Positions 28,672 through 38,630 of a stretch of DNA of 64,000 nucleotides are shown piece after piece. The stretch is from NCBI GenBank assembly GCA_963668675.2, contig CAXXMB010000001.1, positions 1,216,001-1,280,000 of the forward strand, written 5' to 3'. This DNA is from an uncultured Desulfatitalea sp. (GTDB lineage: Bacteria; Desulfobacterota; Desulfobacteria; Desulfobacterales; Desulfosarcinaceae). Positions within the stretch are counted from its first letter, which is position 1. Every line of letters starts with the position of its first letter. The translations under genes were made by a program, and so were the position numbers. The notes beneath the pieces were generated by a model, which saw only the letters and a list, made by a program, of their open reading frames with translations, made no database searches and was not told the origin of the DNA.

Positions 28672-29604
28672 ATGCTGCGATTCGGTCTATGCTGCATCTT
28701 CAAAACGGCACCGATCAAGTTTCGCCGGACAACGGCAAAACATGTTCTTGGCATGCCTTATGATAAGCGGCTGCAGAAAATTTCAGCCATCTGCCTGCAC
28801 AACGCGCAATCTCTTTTATCGGCATTGACCTATTGCAACGATCACAACATCGGGGCATTTCGCATCAACAGTCAAGTCCTTCCACTCAAGACGCACCCCG
28901 AAGCAGGATACAAGATCGAGCAACTGCCCGATGGCGATGCCATCGTGACCCTCTTTCGCCGCTGCGGGCGCTTCAGCCGAAAGCACAACATCCGGACGAC
29001 CTTTCATCCTGACCAGTTCATTGTGCTCAACTCTCCCAACAAGGAGGTCGTGGCACGTTCGATCGCGGATCTTCACTACCATTATGAGGTGGCCAAATGG
29101 GTCAATGCGGACGTGATCAATCTTCACGGAGGCGGCGGCTATGGGGATAAGAGAGAAGCGCTGTCACGGCTGACGCGTTCGATCAACTCCCTTTCGAAAG
29201 GGATCAAAAAACGGCTGACCCTCGAAAACGACGATCGGGTCTTTACGCCTGAAGACCTTTTGCCCGTTTGCGACACGACCGGTGTGCCGTTGGTGTATGA
29301 TGTGCACCACCATCGCTGCCTGCCCGACCGGTTGAGCGTGCGCGATGCGACCGATCTGGCACTGCGGACCTGGCAGCGGGAGCCGCTGTTTCATATTTCG
29401 AGCCCTGCTGCTCCCTGGGGAACAGGTGGCGGCCGCCCCCACCACGACTATATCGATCCGGAGGACTTTCCATGCGAGTGGCTCGATTTGGACGCGACCG
29501 TGGAGATCGAAGCCAAAGCGAAAGAGCTGGCCGTTGAACGGCTGACTGACGATCTTTCCGCACAGATCGTTGCCCGGTGCCATAAAAAGAAAAAAGATAA
29601 ATGA
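28672..29604 (+). CDS. uvsE: UV damage endonuclease (UVDE)
   Basis: FRINS, HPDQF.VLNS, HGGG.YG, LENDD, YDVHHH, HISS, HHD, EAKAKE. Confidence 0.93.
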   Translation: MLRFGLCCIFKTAPIKFRRTTAKHVLGMPYDKRLQKISAICLHNAQSLLSALTYCNDHNIGAFRINSQVLPLKTHPEAGYKIEQLPDGDAIVTLFRRCGRFSRKHNIRTTFHPDQFIVLNSPNKEVVARSIADLHYHYEVAKWVNADVINLHGGGGYGDKREALSRLTRSINSLSKGIKKRLTLENDDRVFTPEDLLPVCDTTGVPLVYDVHHHRCLPDRLSVRDATDLALRTWQREPLFHISSPAAPWGTGGGRPHHDYIDPEDFPCEWLDLDATVEIEAKAKELAVERLTDDLSAQIVARCHKKKKDK

Positions 29605-30995
29605 TGCCCCAAGCGACTGTCGAGCAACAACGCATTCACCGACTTAATGAAGCAGCACCGAACAGTAAGGGCAAATATGTCCTGTACTGGATGCAGCAGG
29701 CTCAGCGGGTGCATTTTAACCACGCCCTTCATCTGGCCGTGTCACAGGCCAATAATCGTATGTTGCCGGTCCTGGTGGTTTTCGGACTATCACCCGATTA
29801 CCCCGAGGCCAATTGGCGCCACTTCGCCTTCATGCTCGAAGGGTTGGCCGAGGTAGAACGTTCGCTGTCCGACATGGGGATTGACATGCAGGTGCGCATC
29901 GGTTCACCGCCCGAAGTTGCATTAGCTGCCGCCGAAAATGCAGCTCTGGCAGTCTGTGACCGTGGCTATCTGCGCCACCAGCGTCAATGGCGACAGCAGG
30001 TGGCCCAAAAAGCCGCCTGCCCGGTGATCGAGGTGGAGAGCGATGCCGTCATTCCGGTGGCCGCCGCTTCAGACAAAGCCGAATTTGCCGCCCGCACCAT
30101 ACGCGGCAAGATCCAACGACAACTGCCCGCACTCTTGAATCCCTTGCCCGTCATCACACCCAGACAAAGGGCCCATGGGCTGTACGATCGACCCGATTTT
30201 TCGGTAATCGCCGACCAGCTTAAGGTGGATCGCACTATCCATGCAGTCGCGCCCCTTCTCACTGGGGGCTACTCTCAGGTGCGCCGGCAGTTGGATCATT
30301 TCATAGAGGGCCACCTATCTAGCTATACCGAGCGACGAAGCAAACTTGATAGCTGCGCCTCCTCTCATATGAGCCCCTACCTCCATTTCGGACAAATTTC
30401 ACCTCTGGAAGTCGCGATTGCCATACAGAAGGCCGATGCTCCGATCGAGGCCAGAGAGGCATTTTTGGAAGAGCTGATCGTTCGGCGGGAACTTGCCATC
30501 AACCATGTGTGGTTCAATCCGCTATACGATCAGTACAAGGGATTGCCAGCCTGGGCCCGCCGGACCCTGGCGGCTCACCGTTCGGATCCCCGGCAGCCAT
30601 CTTACAGCTATCGGGAATTGAGCGAAGCCCGAACGCATGACTCCTTCTGGAATGCGGCCATGCGCGAAATGCGTGAGACAGGTTTCATGCCCAACTATAT
30701 GCGCATGTACTGGGGCAAGAAGATACTTCAATGGCAGTCTACCCCATGGCATGCATTTGCGTCTGCCCTGCGCCTCAACAACACCTACTTCGTGGATGGT
30801 CGTGATCCCAACAGCTATGCCGGTGTGGGATGGATATTCGGCCTTCACGACCGTCCTTGGCAGGAGCGCCCTGTATACGGCCAGATCCGGTACATGGCGC
30901 GGGCCGGTCTGAAGCGCAAATTCAACATGCAGGCTTACCTCGAAGCCGTGGAACAGCGTATCAGCACGATCAGAAACGACGAACCAACTATCTAG
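29601..30995 (+). CDS. phr: Class II CPD DNA photolyase
   Basis: VLYWMQ..QR, SPYLHFGQIS, EELIVRRELA.N, YMRMYWGKKILQW, DGRDPN, HDRPW.ER. Confidence 0.93.
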   Translation: MMPQATVEQQRIHRLNEAAPNSKGKYVLYWMQQAQRVHFNHALHLAVSQANNRMLPVLVVFGLSPDYPEANWRHFAFMLEGLAEVERSLSDMGIDMQVRIGSPPEVALAAAENAALAVCDRGYLRHQRQWRQQVAQKAACPVIEVESDAVIPVAAASDKAEFAARTIRGKIQRQLPALLNPLPVITPRQRAHGLYDRPDFSVIADQLKVDRTIHAVAPLLTGGYSQVRRQLDHFIEGHLSSYTERRSKLDSCASSHMSPYLHFGQISPLEVAIAIQKADAPIEAREAFLEELIVRRELAINHVWFNPLYDQYKGLPAWARRTLAAHRSDPRQPSYSYRELSEARTHDSFWNAAMREMRETGFMPNYMRMYWGKKILQWQSTPWHAFASALRLNNTYFVDGRDPNSYAGVGWIFGLHDRPWQERPVYGQIRYMARAGLKRKFNMQAYLEAVEQRISTIRNDEPTI

Positions 30996-31576
30996 TTTCC
31001 GATAAATGCCAATATCTCTGGAGGCTTTCGTTTTGGCGCGGCTGGAATACGATTTGGATATCCTAAAATGATTGGGGCGACAATTTCCAGGTCGTAATCG
31101 AGACCCAACTGAGCGCGAAGGCCGGCATCCTGAATGTCGGCCCCCATGTTGATCCAGCAGGTGCCTAATCCGCGCGCCGCGGCCGACATCATCAGATATC
31201 CCGCAGCAAGGGCGCAATCCACATGAAGATTTCTGCGCCCTTGCTCGCCGGATACAATAACCAGACATGGGGCGTTGTAAAAAACATTATATGAGGAGTT
31301 GCGCAGCACTTGCGCATACTTTGCAATAGGGTCGGCAGGATTACGCTCAATTCGTGCCAGAATGTTCTTTTTGCTCTCTTCGGAGATACGCTCTATGACC
31401 GATCTGTCCCGGACAATGGTAAATTTCCAGGGCTGTTCATTACTGGCATTCGGCGCAAGCGTACTCTCCTCTATGAGAGCATGAATCAGATCCGTAGCGA
31501 CGGGTTTATCTGTGAAGTCTCTTATCGATCGCCTCTCCCTTAGCAATCTGCCGTAACCTGCTATCCGGTCTTCCAT
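30992..31576 (-). CDS. Nitroreductase family protein
   Basis: RRSIRDF, APNASNEQPW, GLGTCWI, LGYP. Confidence 0.92.
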   Translation of the reverse strand: MEDRIAGYGRLLRERRSIRDFTDKPVATDLIHALIEESTLAPNASNEQPWKFTIVRDRSVIERISEESKKNILARIERNPADPIAKYAQVLRNSSYNVFYNAPCLVIVSGEQGRRNLHVDCALAAGYLMMSAAARGLGTCWINMGADIQDAGLRAQLGLDYDLEIVAPIILGYPNRIPAAPKRKPPEILAFIGN

Positions 31577-31657
31577 ATCTTCAACTCCAATGAATATAGT
31601 CCTTTATGTTTAGAAATTTATAAATATTAGTTTATCCAGTAGATGAAGAAAAGAACA

Positions 31658-31861
31658 TCATGCTGCCGGATAGTTTATCTCCTTCAAGATGGCCAGAATC
31701 GTCTCTTTGCTGGCCGGGGCCTCAAACTGCACCGTCACCGTTTTACCCTGTATATCGCTCTGAACGCTTTTAATACCATCGAGTTCCTGCAGCTCTTTCT
31801 CAATCGCTCCGGTACAATGACCGCATGAAATATTGGGGATATGAAAGGTCTCTTTTGTCAT
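31658..31861 (-). CDS. copZ: CopZ-like heavy-metal-associated (HMA) chaperone
   Basis: 67 aa, ISCGHC, C-terminal NY; AGGAG RBS. Confidence 0.85.
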   Translation of the reverse strand: MTKETFHIPNISCGHCTGAIEKELQELDGIKSVQSDIQGKTVTVQFEAPASKETILAILKEINYPAA

Positions 31862-31975
31862 TTTTATCTACTCCTATTGTTTGGTCTTGTGTCTTATAGG
31901 GCGCTTACCTCAGAATCAAATTCGCAATACCAGATTTTAAGCATCGATGTCCTTCTGTCCAATCCACGAAAAGGT

Positions 31976-32010
31976 TTGACAAATATAATATTTGGGAATA
32001 TTTTCCCAAA
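31976..32010 (+). promoter_or_regulatory. Sigma70 promoter overlapped by a palindromic operator candidate
   Basis: TTGACA(31976)-17bp-TATTTT(31999); TTTGGGAA-TATT-TTCCCAAA at 31991-32010. Confidence 0.65.
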
Positions 32011-32110
32011 CTATGGGCTAACACACATCTCCCATCGGCTTCCGAACCAATTTAGCGTCTGCACTAAACATTTGACCAAAAAACTTTATATAATTGGAAA
32101 CGTTGCTAAA

Positions 32111-32929
32111 ATGAGTCATTTTGCCTCGATCCGCAGCGCTGTTATTCAAATCATTACCCCTCTGGTGAGAATATTGCTCCGCAATGGTATTTCATACGGC
32201 ACGTTCTCCGACATCGCCAAAGAGGTCTACGTGCGTGTTGCTATGCAGGATTTTGCCATCGAGGGGCGCAAGCAAACCATTTCGCGGGTATCGGTGCTGA
32301 CCGGATTAAACCGCAAGGCGGTCAAAACGATTTTGGAACAGCCTGAGGAAAAATCTATTGATAGTGATGAAGCCTATAACCGTGCCGCACGCGTTATAGC
32401 TGGATGGCGCAGAGACACCGAATTCCAGAGCGATCATGGAGCTCCGGCAGACCTGCCCTTCGCCGGCGAAGAAGGCAGTTTCGCTGCACTGGCAAAAAAG
32501 TACAGTGGCGACATTCCTGCCCGCGCAGTTCTTGACGAGATGATTCGTGTGGAGGCTGCTGAAAAAATGGAAAACGGTAATATCAGATTGCTTGTGAGAG
32601 CCTATCTCCCCACCAATGACACCAGTATGAAACTGCACATTCTCGGTACCGATGTGGCTCGATTGATTGCAACCATTGGACATAATCTTGAATCACCGCG
32701 ATCCAATGTTTTTCTTCAGCGTACCGTCGCCTATGACAACCTTCCAAAGGAGGCATTGGAGCCTTTTCTACGTCTGGCCACCAATAAGTCTCAAGCGCTT
32801 CTGGAGCTGTTGGACCAACAGCTTTCCGAAAAAGATCGCGACAATCATCCCGAGATCGAAGGCACTGGCCGCTACGCTGCCGGTGTCGGCATCTATTTCT
32901 TTCAGGAGCCTATGAACCATGAATCCTAA
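32111..32929 (+). CDS. DUF6502-like protein (putative DNA-binding regulator)
   Basis: PLVRILLRNGI, TISRVSVLTGLNRKAV, RVIAGW..D..F, SF..LA..YS.DI..RA.LDE, final GVGIYFF. Confidence 0.8.
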   Translation: MSHFASIRSAVIQIITPLVRILLRNGISYGTFSDIAKEVYVRVAMQDFAIEGRKQTISRVSVLTGLNRKAVKTILEQPEEKSIDSDEAYNRAARVIAGWRRDTEFQSDHGAPADLPFAGEEGSFAALAKKYSGDIPARAVLDEMIRVEAAEKMENGNIRLLVRAYLPTNDTSMKLHILGTDVARLIATIGHNLESPRSNVFLQRTVAYDNLPKEALEPFLRLATNKSQALLELLDQQLSEKDRDNHPEIEGTGRYAAGVGIYFFQEPMNHES

Positions 32930-34370
32930 CATAATTTATAGAAACAGGCCGGTCTCAAACGTTATCCTGGCCATTATGGTCATGGCAATGCCGCTACTGC
33001 TGAGTTGCGGCAGCAGTTCCGACGACACGGTCGCCAGCGGCGGAATCGGCGGCACAGGCGCAACGGCAGGTCTGGTTTCCGATTATGGCAGCATCTTTGT
33101 AAACGGGGTGGAGTTTGACACCAGCGACGCCGATATCGTTGTCGAAGGTGAGTGGGTTGGTTACGGCGACGAAGCGGCCCATACCCATCTTCCGATCGGA
33201 CAGGCGGTTGTCGTTCAAGGTGACCTGTTGAATGAAATAACCGGTTCAGCCATACAAGTTGACGCCTATCACCGCGTCCAGGGACCCATCGCTCAAATCG
33301 AAATCATCGACAGCAACACACGCCAACTCACTATCCTTGGCCAAACCATCTTTGTCGACCAGGAGACCGCCATATCAGGCACTTCAATGGGGGACCTTAC
33401 ACCGGATCTGGTATTGAGGGTAAGCGGCGTGGTGGATGAGGCCGACGCGATCCATGCCGGGCTCATCACAGTTCAGCCGGAAGGCAGTCAACTTTCGCTT
33501 AAAGGCACATTGCAACATCTCGATCTCCAAGAACAGACCTTTACGATCAACGACCAGCTGGTTGACTACTCGCAATGTCAACCAGCGCCGGACGTGTCGT
33601 CGCTGGAAGAGCAATCGGTCTCTGTCAAAGGAGAGCTTGATAATACAACGCTGATGGCCCAATCCGTCTCTCGCTTTGATACGGCGCGCTTTGAATCCCT
33701 GAACGAGTTCAGCATCGATGGATTTCTCCAGGGGCCTATCGCTCTCAATCGATGGCAGCTGGGGACCTACCAGGTGGAACTCGATGCGGCGACGCTGTTC
33801 GAAGGTGTGCTCGCCGAAGATCTCACCGAAGGTGTCCGTGTTCAACTGCACGGCCAGTTGCGCAATCGCATCCTGCTTGTCAATCGGACGAGGGCGACGA
33901 CGCGCGTCTGGCTCGAATCGACCATCGCCTCGCTCGATGTGGATCAGGAAACGATCATCCTGGAAGGTATGAACGCGTTGACAATCCATACCAACCGCCT
34001 CACCCGAATCCGCGGAGATGCAGGTCAATTCTCCGACTTCCAGCTTGGAGATCATGTGCGCGTATATGCACAAGCCTTGGATGATCAGTCAGTTATCGCT
34101 ATTTTTATCTTCGAAACCACCGCTGCACCCCTTGAAGATCGCTTCCGCATTCAGGGACCTGTCACCCGGGTTGCTGATCCTTTGTTTGACATATCTGGCG
34201 TGGAGATCGACAGCAGCGCCAACGTGGGTATCGCGTTTTTAGATATAGAGGATCAACCCATCACCCAAAATGAATTCATTAATGCCCTGAGCACCGAATC
34301 GAGAGTGCATGCCAAAGGGCAGTGGATTAGCGGCATCATCGTTTATGAAGAGATGGCAATCGTTCATTAG
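32919..34370 (+). CDS. DUF5666-like repeat lipoprotein
   Basis: Lipobox LLSC, GGIGGTG, GSIFVNGVEF, repeated beta-barrel-like units (G.I......LGQ...V...T....L..G..V.V.G). Confidence 0.8.
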   Translation: MNPNIIYRNRPVSNVILAIMVMAMPLLLSCGSSSDDTVASGGIGGTGATAGLVSDYGSIFVNGVEFDTSDADIVVEGEWVGYGDEAAHTHLPIGQAVVVQGDLLNEITGSAIQVDAYHRVQGPIAQIEIIDSNTRQLTILGQTIFVDQETAISGTSMGDLTPDLVLRVSGVVDEADAIHAGLITVQPEGSQLSLKGTLQHLDLQEQTFTINDQLVDYSQCQPAPDVSSLEEQSVSVKGELDNTTLMAQSVSRFDTARFESLNEFSIDGFLQGPIALNRWQLGTYQVELDAATLFEGVLAEDLTEGVRVQLHGQLRNRILLVNRTRATTRVWLESTIASLDVDQETIILEGMNALTIHTNRLTRIRGDAGQFSDFQLGDHVRVYAQALDDQSVIAIFIFETTAAPLEDRFRIQGPVTRVADPLFDISGVEIDSSANVGIAFLDIEDQPITQNEFINALSTESRVHAKGQWISGIIVYEEMAIVH

Positions 34371-34408
34371 TGTTGTTTTTATAACAAGGGTAAAATGAGG
34401 GAGGAAAA

Positions 34409-36028
34409 ATGAAGACAAAAACATTGTTGGCCGTGGTATTGGCTATGGCGCTTATGCTGCCTTTTACCGGCTGCGGAGGCGGTGGCAGCGACAGCAGTTC
34501 AACAGTTGATGCAAGCGGAACCGGTGACACCGGCACTGTGGCGCTCATGCTGACGGACGGGCCGACGGATGATTTTGATCACATTTGGATCACCGTCAGC
34601 AAAGCTGCGCTGCTAAGCGAGGGGGGTGAATCCCATGTCGTTATATTCGATCCTGATGAGCCGGTGGAATACGATCTGCTTAACCTAAGACCGGAAGATG
34701 ATGAGGATGCAGGCGAATTAATAGCCGTGGAAGATGTGCCGGCCGGTTTATATGCCAAAATCCGGTTGGAGGTGGAGGCTGTGCGCGGCGTAACCGTTCA
34801 GCCGGACGGCAGCACCAAAGAGACCCCATTTAAATTATCCAGCGGAAAGATCGATCTCAATCCCCGCGGCCAGTTCTATGTAGAGGCAAACACCACCATA
34901 GCCATCACGCTTGATATCGACTGTGACAAATCGATCCACATTTCAGGGAACCATATCAACTTCCGGCCGGTCGTCTTCGTGGACATCGAATCGGCGGCCC
35001 AACTCGAGCGCTGCCCCCGTTTTCTGCACGGTACCATTTCCTCCCTCACTTATGGGGAGGACGGAGAGACGGTTGTCGGTTTTGAGTTGAACCTGCTCAA
35101 CAGCGGCAAGACGATCAAGGTGAATATCGATGCAAGCACCGTCATCGTCGACGACAGCGGTGCCGTGATAGATCCCCAGTCCCTGGCCGTCGACGACACA
35201 GTTTTTGTGCGGGCCGAGCTGCTCTCGGAGGGCTTGCTGGCCAGCCTCGTCGTTGTTGGCAATGTTGACCGCGTTGCCGGAGTCGTGGATCAAGCGGTCA
35301 CAGACAACCAATTTGTGCTGGATCTATACCTCGGCATTGAGGACGACGAGCAGATTGTAGAGCTGATCCCCGATACAACCCTGATTCTATGGGGATGCAA
35401 TGAGGTGGTGACACCTGAAGCGATCCAACCCGGCATGCGTGCACGGGTGATTGGGAAAACCCAGGACGATGGCTCAATCGTCGCTCTCGTTGTACTGCTG
35501 AGCCCCCGCTACATTACAGGGCAGCTTGAATCTGTTGAAGCAACTGAAGGAGGATACCAGTTGAGCATCAACGTCGCGAATGCCGATGAAGCGCCGGATC
35601 TTCTTTCAATGTCTCTGTCGGCCGATGCCCCCATTAACGTAAAGTTCGACGGGCCGCTCAGCGGAGATGAACTGATGGCGCTGGTCGAATGCGAAGCTCG
35701 TTCAGTACTGGTCTCTATTGATCGCGCCGTTCCGCCGCCGTTGACGGCTACCAAGGTGACCGTCCTGCCTGAGCCGTTGCTGGCCACGGTGCTTAAAGTC
35801 AATCCGGATGAAGGCCAAATCCTGACCGACCAGGGTTTGATAGCAATAGGCGATCAGGCGCAAATCTTCGACCTCGTCTCGACGAGCCATCTGATGGCCG
35901 AATTTTCCGACATCTCCGAGGAGGATCTGCTTTTTCTCTACGGACTTTACCAGTGCGAACCGGAGGAGGCATCTTTCCTTGCCCACGTGGTGCTGATCAT
36001 GCCTTCTCTTGCCCCAACCGAAGATTAA
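34409..36028 (+). CDS. DUF4382-like + DUF5666-like repeat lipoprotein
   Basis: Lipobox FTGC-GGGG, LTDGP, VPAGLY.KIRL, LSSGKI, ITLDID..KSI, FRPVV; very acidic. Confidence 0.78.
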   Translation: MKTKTLLAVVLAMALMLPFTGCGGGGSDSSSTVDASGTGDTGTVALMLTDGPTDDFDHIWITVSKAALLSEGGESHVVIFDPDEPVEYDLLNLRPEDDEDAGELIAVEDVPAGLYAKIRLEVEAVRGVTVQPDGSTKETPFKLSSGKIDLNPRGQFYVEANTTIAITLDIDCDKSIHISGNHINFRPVVFVDIESAAQLERCPRFLHGTISSLTYGEDGETVVGFELNLLNSGKTIKVNIDASTVIVDDSGAVIDPQSLAVDDTVFVRAELLSEGLLASLVVVGNVDRVAGVVDQAVTDNQFVLDLYLGIEDDEQIVELIPDTTLILWGCNEVVTPEAIQPGMRARVIGKTQDDGSIVALVVLLSPRYITGQLESVEATEGGYQLSINVANADEAPDLLSMSLSADAPINVKFDGPLSGDELMALVECEARSVLVSIDRAVPPPLTATKVTVLPEPLLATVLKVNPDEGQILTDQGLIAIGDQAQIFDLVSTSHLMAEFSDISEEDLLFLYGLYQCEPEEASFLAHVVLIMPSLAPTED

Positions 36029-36042
36029 ATCACCCATAAAAA

Positions 36043-36075
36043 TGCCCCCTGGCAAGAATATCGTGCCAGGGGGCA
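36043..36075. terminator. Hairpin between convergent genes
   Basis: TGCCCCCTGGCA-9nt-TGCCAGGGGGCA. Confidence 0.65.
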
Positions 36076-36129
36076 ACCATTTCATCCTCGTCTTGAAAAC
36101 AATGCCCAGCGCTATTCGATCAATGTCCT

Positions 36130-37098
36130 TTAATTGATGGTAAAGAGTACCGGGCCATTGTCGCTCCCGCGTCGGATTCGCTCCAGCTCCTCTAAATACC
36201 TGAGATGGGCGATCGCCTCACCTGTGGCAAACCACTTTTGCGCAATGGGAAACGCTTCCCACGAATCGCATTTGATGTCCCAGGTCATACGGGCAGCCAC
36301 ATCGTAGGCGCTCAAGGAATCTTCTTGAAGAATATTCAGGATCTCATCGCATCTGTGCCGGTGGTGCTCCTTCAACTCATCAACTCTCGCTCTATGGTTT
36401 TCGATGATCCGCCGGTGGCCAGGCAGAACCAGCTCTATGTCCAGATCGATTACGCGATCCAGGCTCTCCAGATAGCTGCCTAAGGGATCTTGCTCGTCGG
36501 ACCAGCACTGAATATTGGGGGTAATATCGATCAAAATGTGATCTCCGGCCACGAAAATCTTTTTCTCCCTCTCGTAGAGGCATGTGTGCCCCACCGTATG
36601 CCCAGGCGTATGGACGCACTCGAAACGATACGCACCGGCCTCGATGATGTCCCCGTCATTGAGCATGCGCATGTCCGGAACCCACTCTGAACTGTGCTTG
36701 TAACCAGGATGCTGTTCAATAGCCTTGCGCAGCTGTCCCTCCGGGAATCCATGTTGTCCGGCATAGGAAAGCATGGGTTCCCACCACCCTTTGGCTTCAA
36801 TGATCTCAGCATCCGGACGATTAAAAAAAACGCCGCTCGTTTCAGTGACCAATTTCGATACCAATCCGAAATGGTCTGCGTGGAGGTGGGTGATAAAAAA
36901 ATCAGTCCTTTCGAGTTCGACACCAATCTCCTTCAGGCCATCGGTCAGGGCGTCATAGCACTCCTTCCGATTCAGTCCCGTGTCGATAACCAGATGTCGA
37001 TCATCGGAACGCACCACGTAGGAGTTGAGGTATTTGAGCGGGCTGTTGGGAAGGGGCACCTGGATAAGAAACAGGTTGGGACGCAATTCTTGAACCAT
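36130..37098 (-). CDS. MBL-fold metallo-hydrolase
   Basis: IDTG, THLHADHFG, TPGHTVGH, GDH, PGH. Confidence 0.92.
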   Translation of the reverse strand: MVQELRPNLFLIQVPLPNSPLKYLNSYVVRSDDRHLVIDTGLNRKECYDALTDGLKEIGVELERTDFFITHLHADHFGLVSKLVTETSGVFFNRPDAEIIEAKGWWEPMLSYAGQHGFPEGQLRKAIEQHPGYKHSSEWVPDMRMLNDGDIIEAGAYRFECVHTPGHTVGHTCLYEREKKIFVAGDHILIDITPNIQCWSDEQDPLGSYLESLDRVIDLDIELVLPGHRRIIENHRARVDELKEHHRHRCDEILNILQEDSLSAYDVAARMTWDIKCDSWEAFPIAQKWFATGEAIAHLRYLEELERIRRGSDNGPVLFTIN

Positions 37099-37198
37099 GG
37101 TCGCTTTCACTCCTTTTTGGAAAGTATCTGTGGATCCAGACGAACCTCATACGCTTATTTTGGCTTTTACTCCAAGAAAATACTTGTTTGAAGCACGA

Positions 37199-38443
37199 TC
37201 ACTCGAAGACGATTTCATCCACCGCATCAGACTCCTGGGCATCCTTGGACCACTCCCTGGGCGTCGTTTGCTGATTCGTCATCTGGAACTCCTTATACCA
37301 CTCGGCGGCTGTAATCATGGCCATCACTTCGTTGGTACCGGTCCAGATGGATGCCAAGCGCAGATCGCGCACGATGCGCTCGACCGGGAAGACATTGGTG
37401 TAACCGATCCCCCCCATCACCTGCATGGCATGATGGGCAGCGGCCTGACACGATTCAGTGACAAACTTCTTGGTTTCCGAAACCATGCGGCGAATGCGAT
37501 GAGGCTCGATACCCTCATCCACGGCACGCGCAGTTGCATATACCATTGAACGTCCCGCATCGAGCAGCGTGGCCGCCTCTGCCACCTGAAAACTGACCCC
37601 CTGGAACTGGTTGATGGTCTGGCCGAACGCCTTGCGCCGTGTGGTGTAGGCCGTGGCGACTTCCAGGGCCGGTCGGGCCGCCCCTAAAGTCATGGCAGCC
37701 GTTCCCAACCGCTCGGGAATCATCATGGTATTGAACACCGCATAGGCGCCGTTGAGCTTGCCGACGACATTCTCTTTGGGAACCTTGACATCGCGAAAGA
37801 CCAGCCGACCTGCCCCACCGCCACGGCACCCCATCAGGCCGTATAGGTATTCGGTTTCAACCCCGGGCCCGCGATCGACGATGAAGCAGGTCAACGCCTT
37901 GTGCGGTTCCGCTGTGGGATCGGTGCGAGCGTAAACCAGAAAGAAATCAGCCCCTTCGGCCCCCACGATGAATCGCTTCTGACCGTTCATGATGAAATGA
38001 TCGCCCCGATCTTCGGCAATTGTGGTGGTGCCGAAAAAATCCGATCCCCCCCTTGGTTCGGTAAGACATTCGGCAGCAAAAAGGTCTCCCTGGAGCAGCG
38101 GGCTGACATACTTCTCCTTTTGTGCATCCGTACCGTGAAGAACGATGGCATCGCAGACCAGCTCCGCACCGACCCCGAAGACGCACGCAAAGATATACCC
38201 AAGGGTACCCACCTCTTCCATCGCCATGCAGGTGGCCACCCAATCCATATCGCGCCCGCCCCACTTTGCAGGGTAACGGCAACCAAGCAGATTTCGCCGG
38301 CCAGCCTCATGAAGAAACGCCTTGGGGAATTGGATCTTATCCTGATCCATCTCGAGAATCATTTCACGGGGGACCCATTTGACCAGTTCACGAATCTCAT
38401 CTCTGAACGACAAAGCTTCCGGGGAAAGTAAGAAGTCAAACAT
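37199..38443 (-). CDS. Acyl-CoA dehydrogenase family protein
   Basis: LTEPRGGSD, NGQKRFI, R.AFG..I..FQGV.F, QVMGGIGY, IWTGTNE. Confidence 0.92.
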   Translation of the reverse strand: MFDFLLSPEALSFRDEIRELVKWVPREMILEMDQDKIQFPKAFLHEAGRRNLLGCRYPAKWGGRDMDWVATCMAMEEVGTLGYIFACVFGVGAELVCDAIVLHGTDAQKEKYVSPLLQGDLFAAECLTEPRGGSDFFGTTTIAEDRGDHFIMNGQKRFIVGAEGADFFLVYARTDPTAEPHKALTCFIVDRGPGVETEYLYGLMGCRGGGAGRLVFRDVKVPKENVVGKLNGAYAVFNTMMIPERLGTAAMTLGAARPALEVATAYTTRRKAFGQTINQFQGVSFQVAEAATLLDAGRSMVYATARAVDEGIEPHRIRRMVSETKKFVTESCQAAAHHAMQVMGGIGYTNVFPVERIVRDLRLASIWTGTNEVMAMITAAEWYKEFQMTNQQTTPREWSKDAQESDAVDEIVFE

Positions 38444-38552
38444 AACCGTTCTCCTCAAAGGTATCGGAAGGGTTAAATAATGGTTTGGGTGCCCCTGTCG
38501 GGCGCCGGGCAGACTGCATCACACCCTTGGGCAGGGGGATATGGATGCCATG

Positions 38553-38601
38553 AAAAAAACAAGGCGATCGCCTTTTCGCATGGGCAATGGCGACCGCCTT
38601 G
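38553..38601 (-). terminator. Rho-independent terminator after the YtfJ-like gene
   Basis: CAAGGCGaTCGCC...GGCGAcCGCCTTG stem followed by a T run on the minus strand. Confidence 0.6.
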
Positions 38602-38630
38602 ATGACCATAACTAAATTCAGGTTTATGCC

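Noticed and set aside
31841..32110. 90-aa N-terminal extension of the DUF6502-like ORF (also extensions at 23575, 23680, 58609, 49822)
   Set aside because: Extensions overlap neighbouring genes, promoters or terminators; downstream starts fit better
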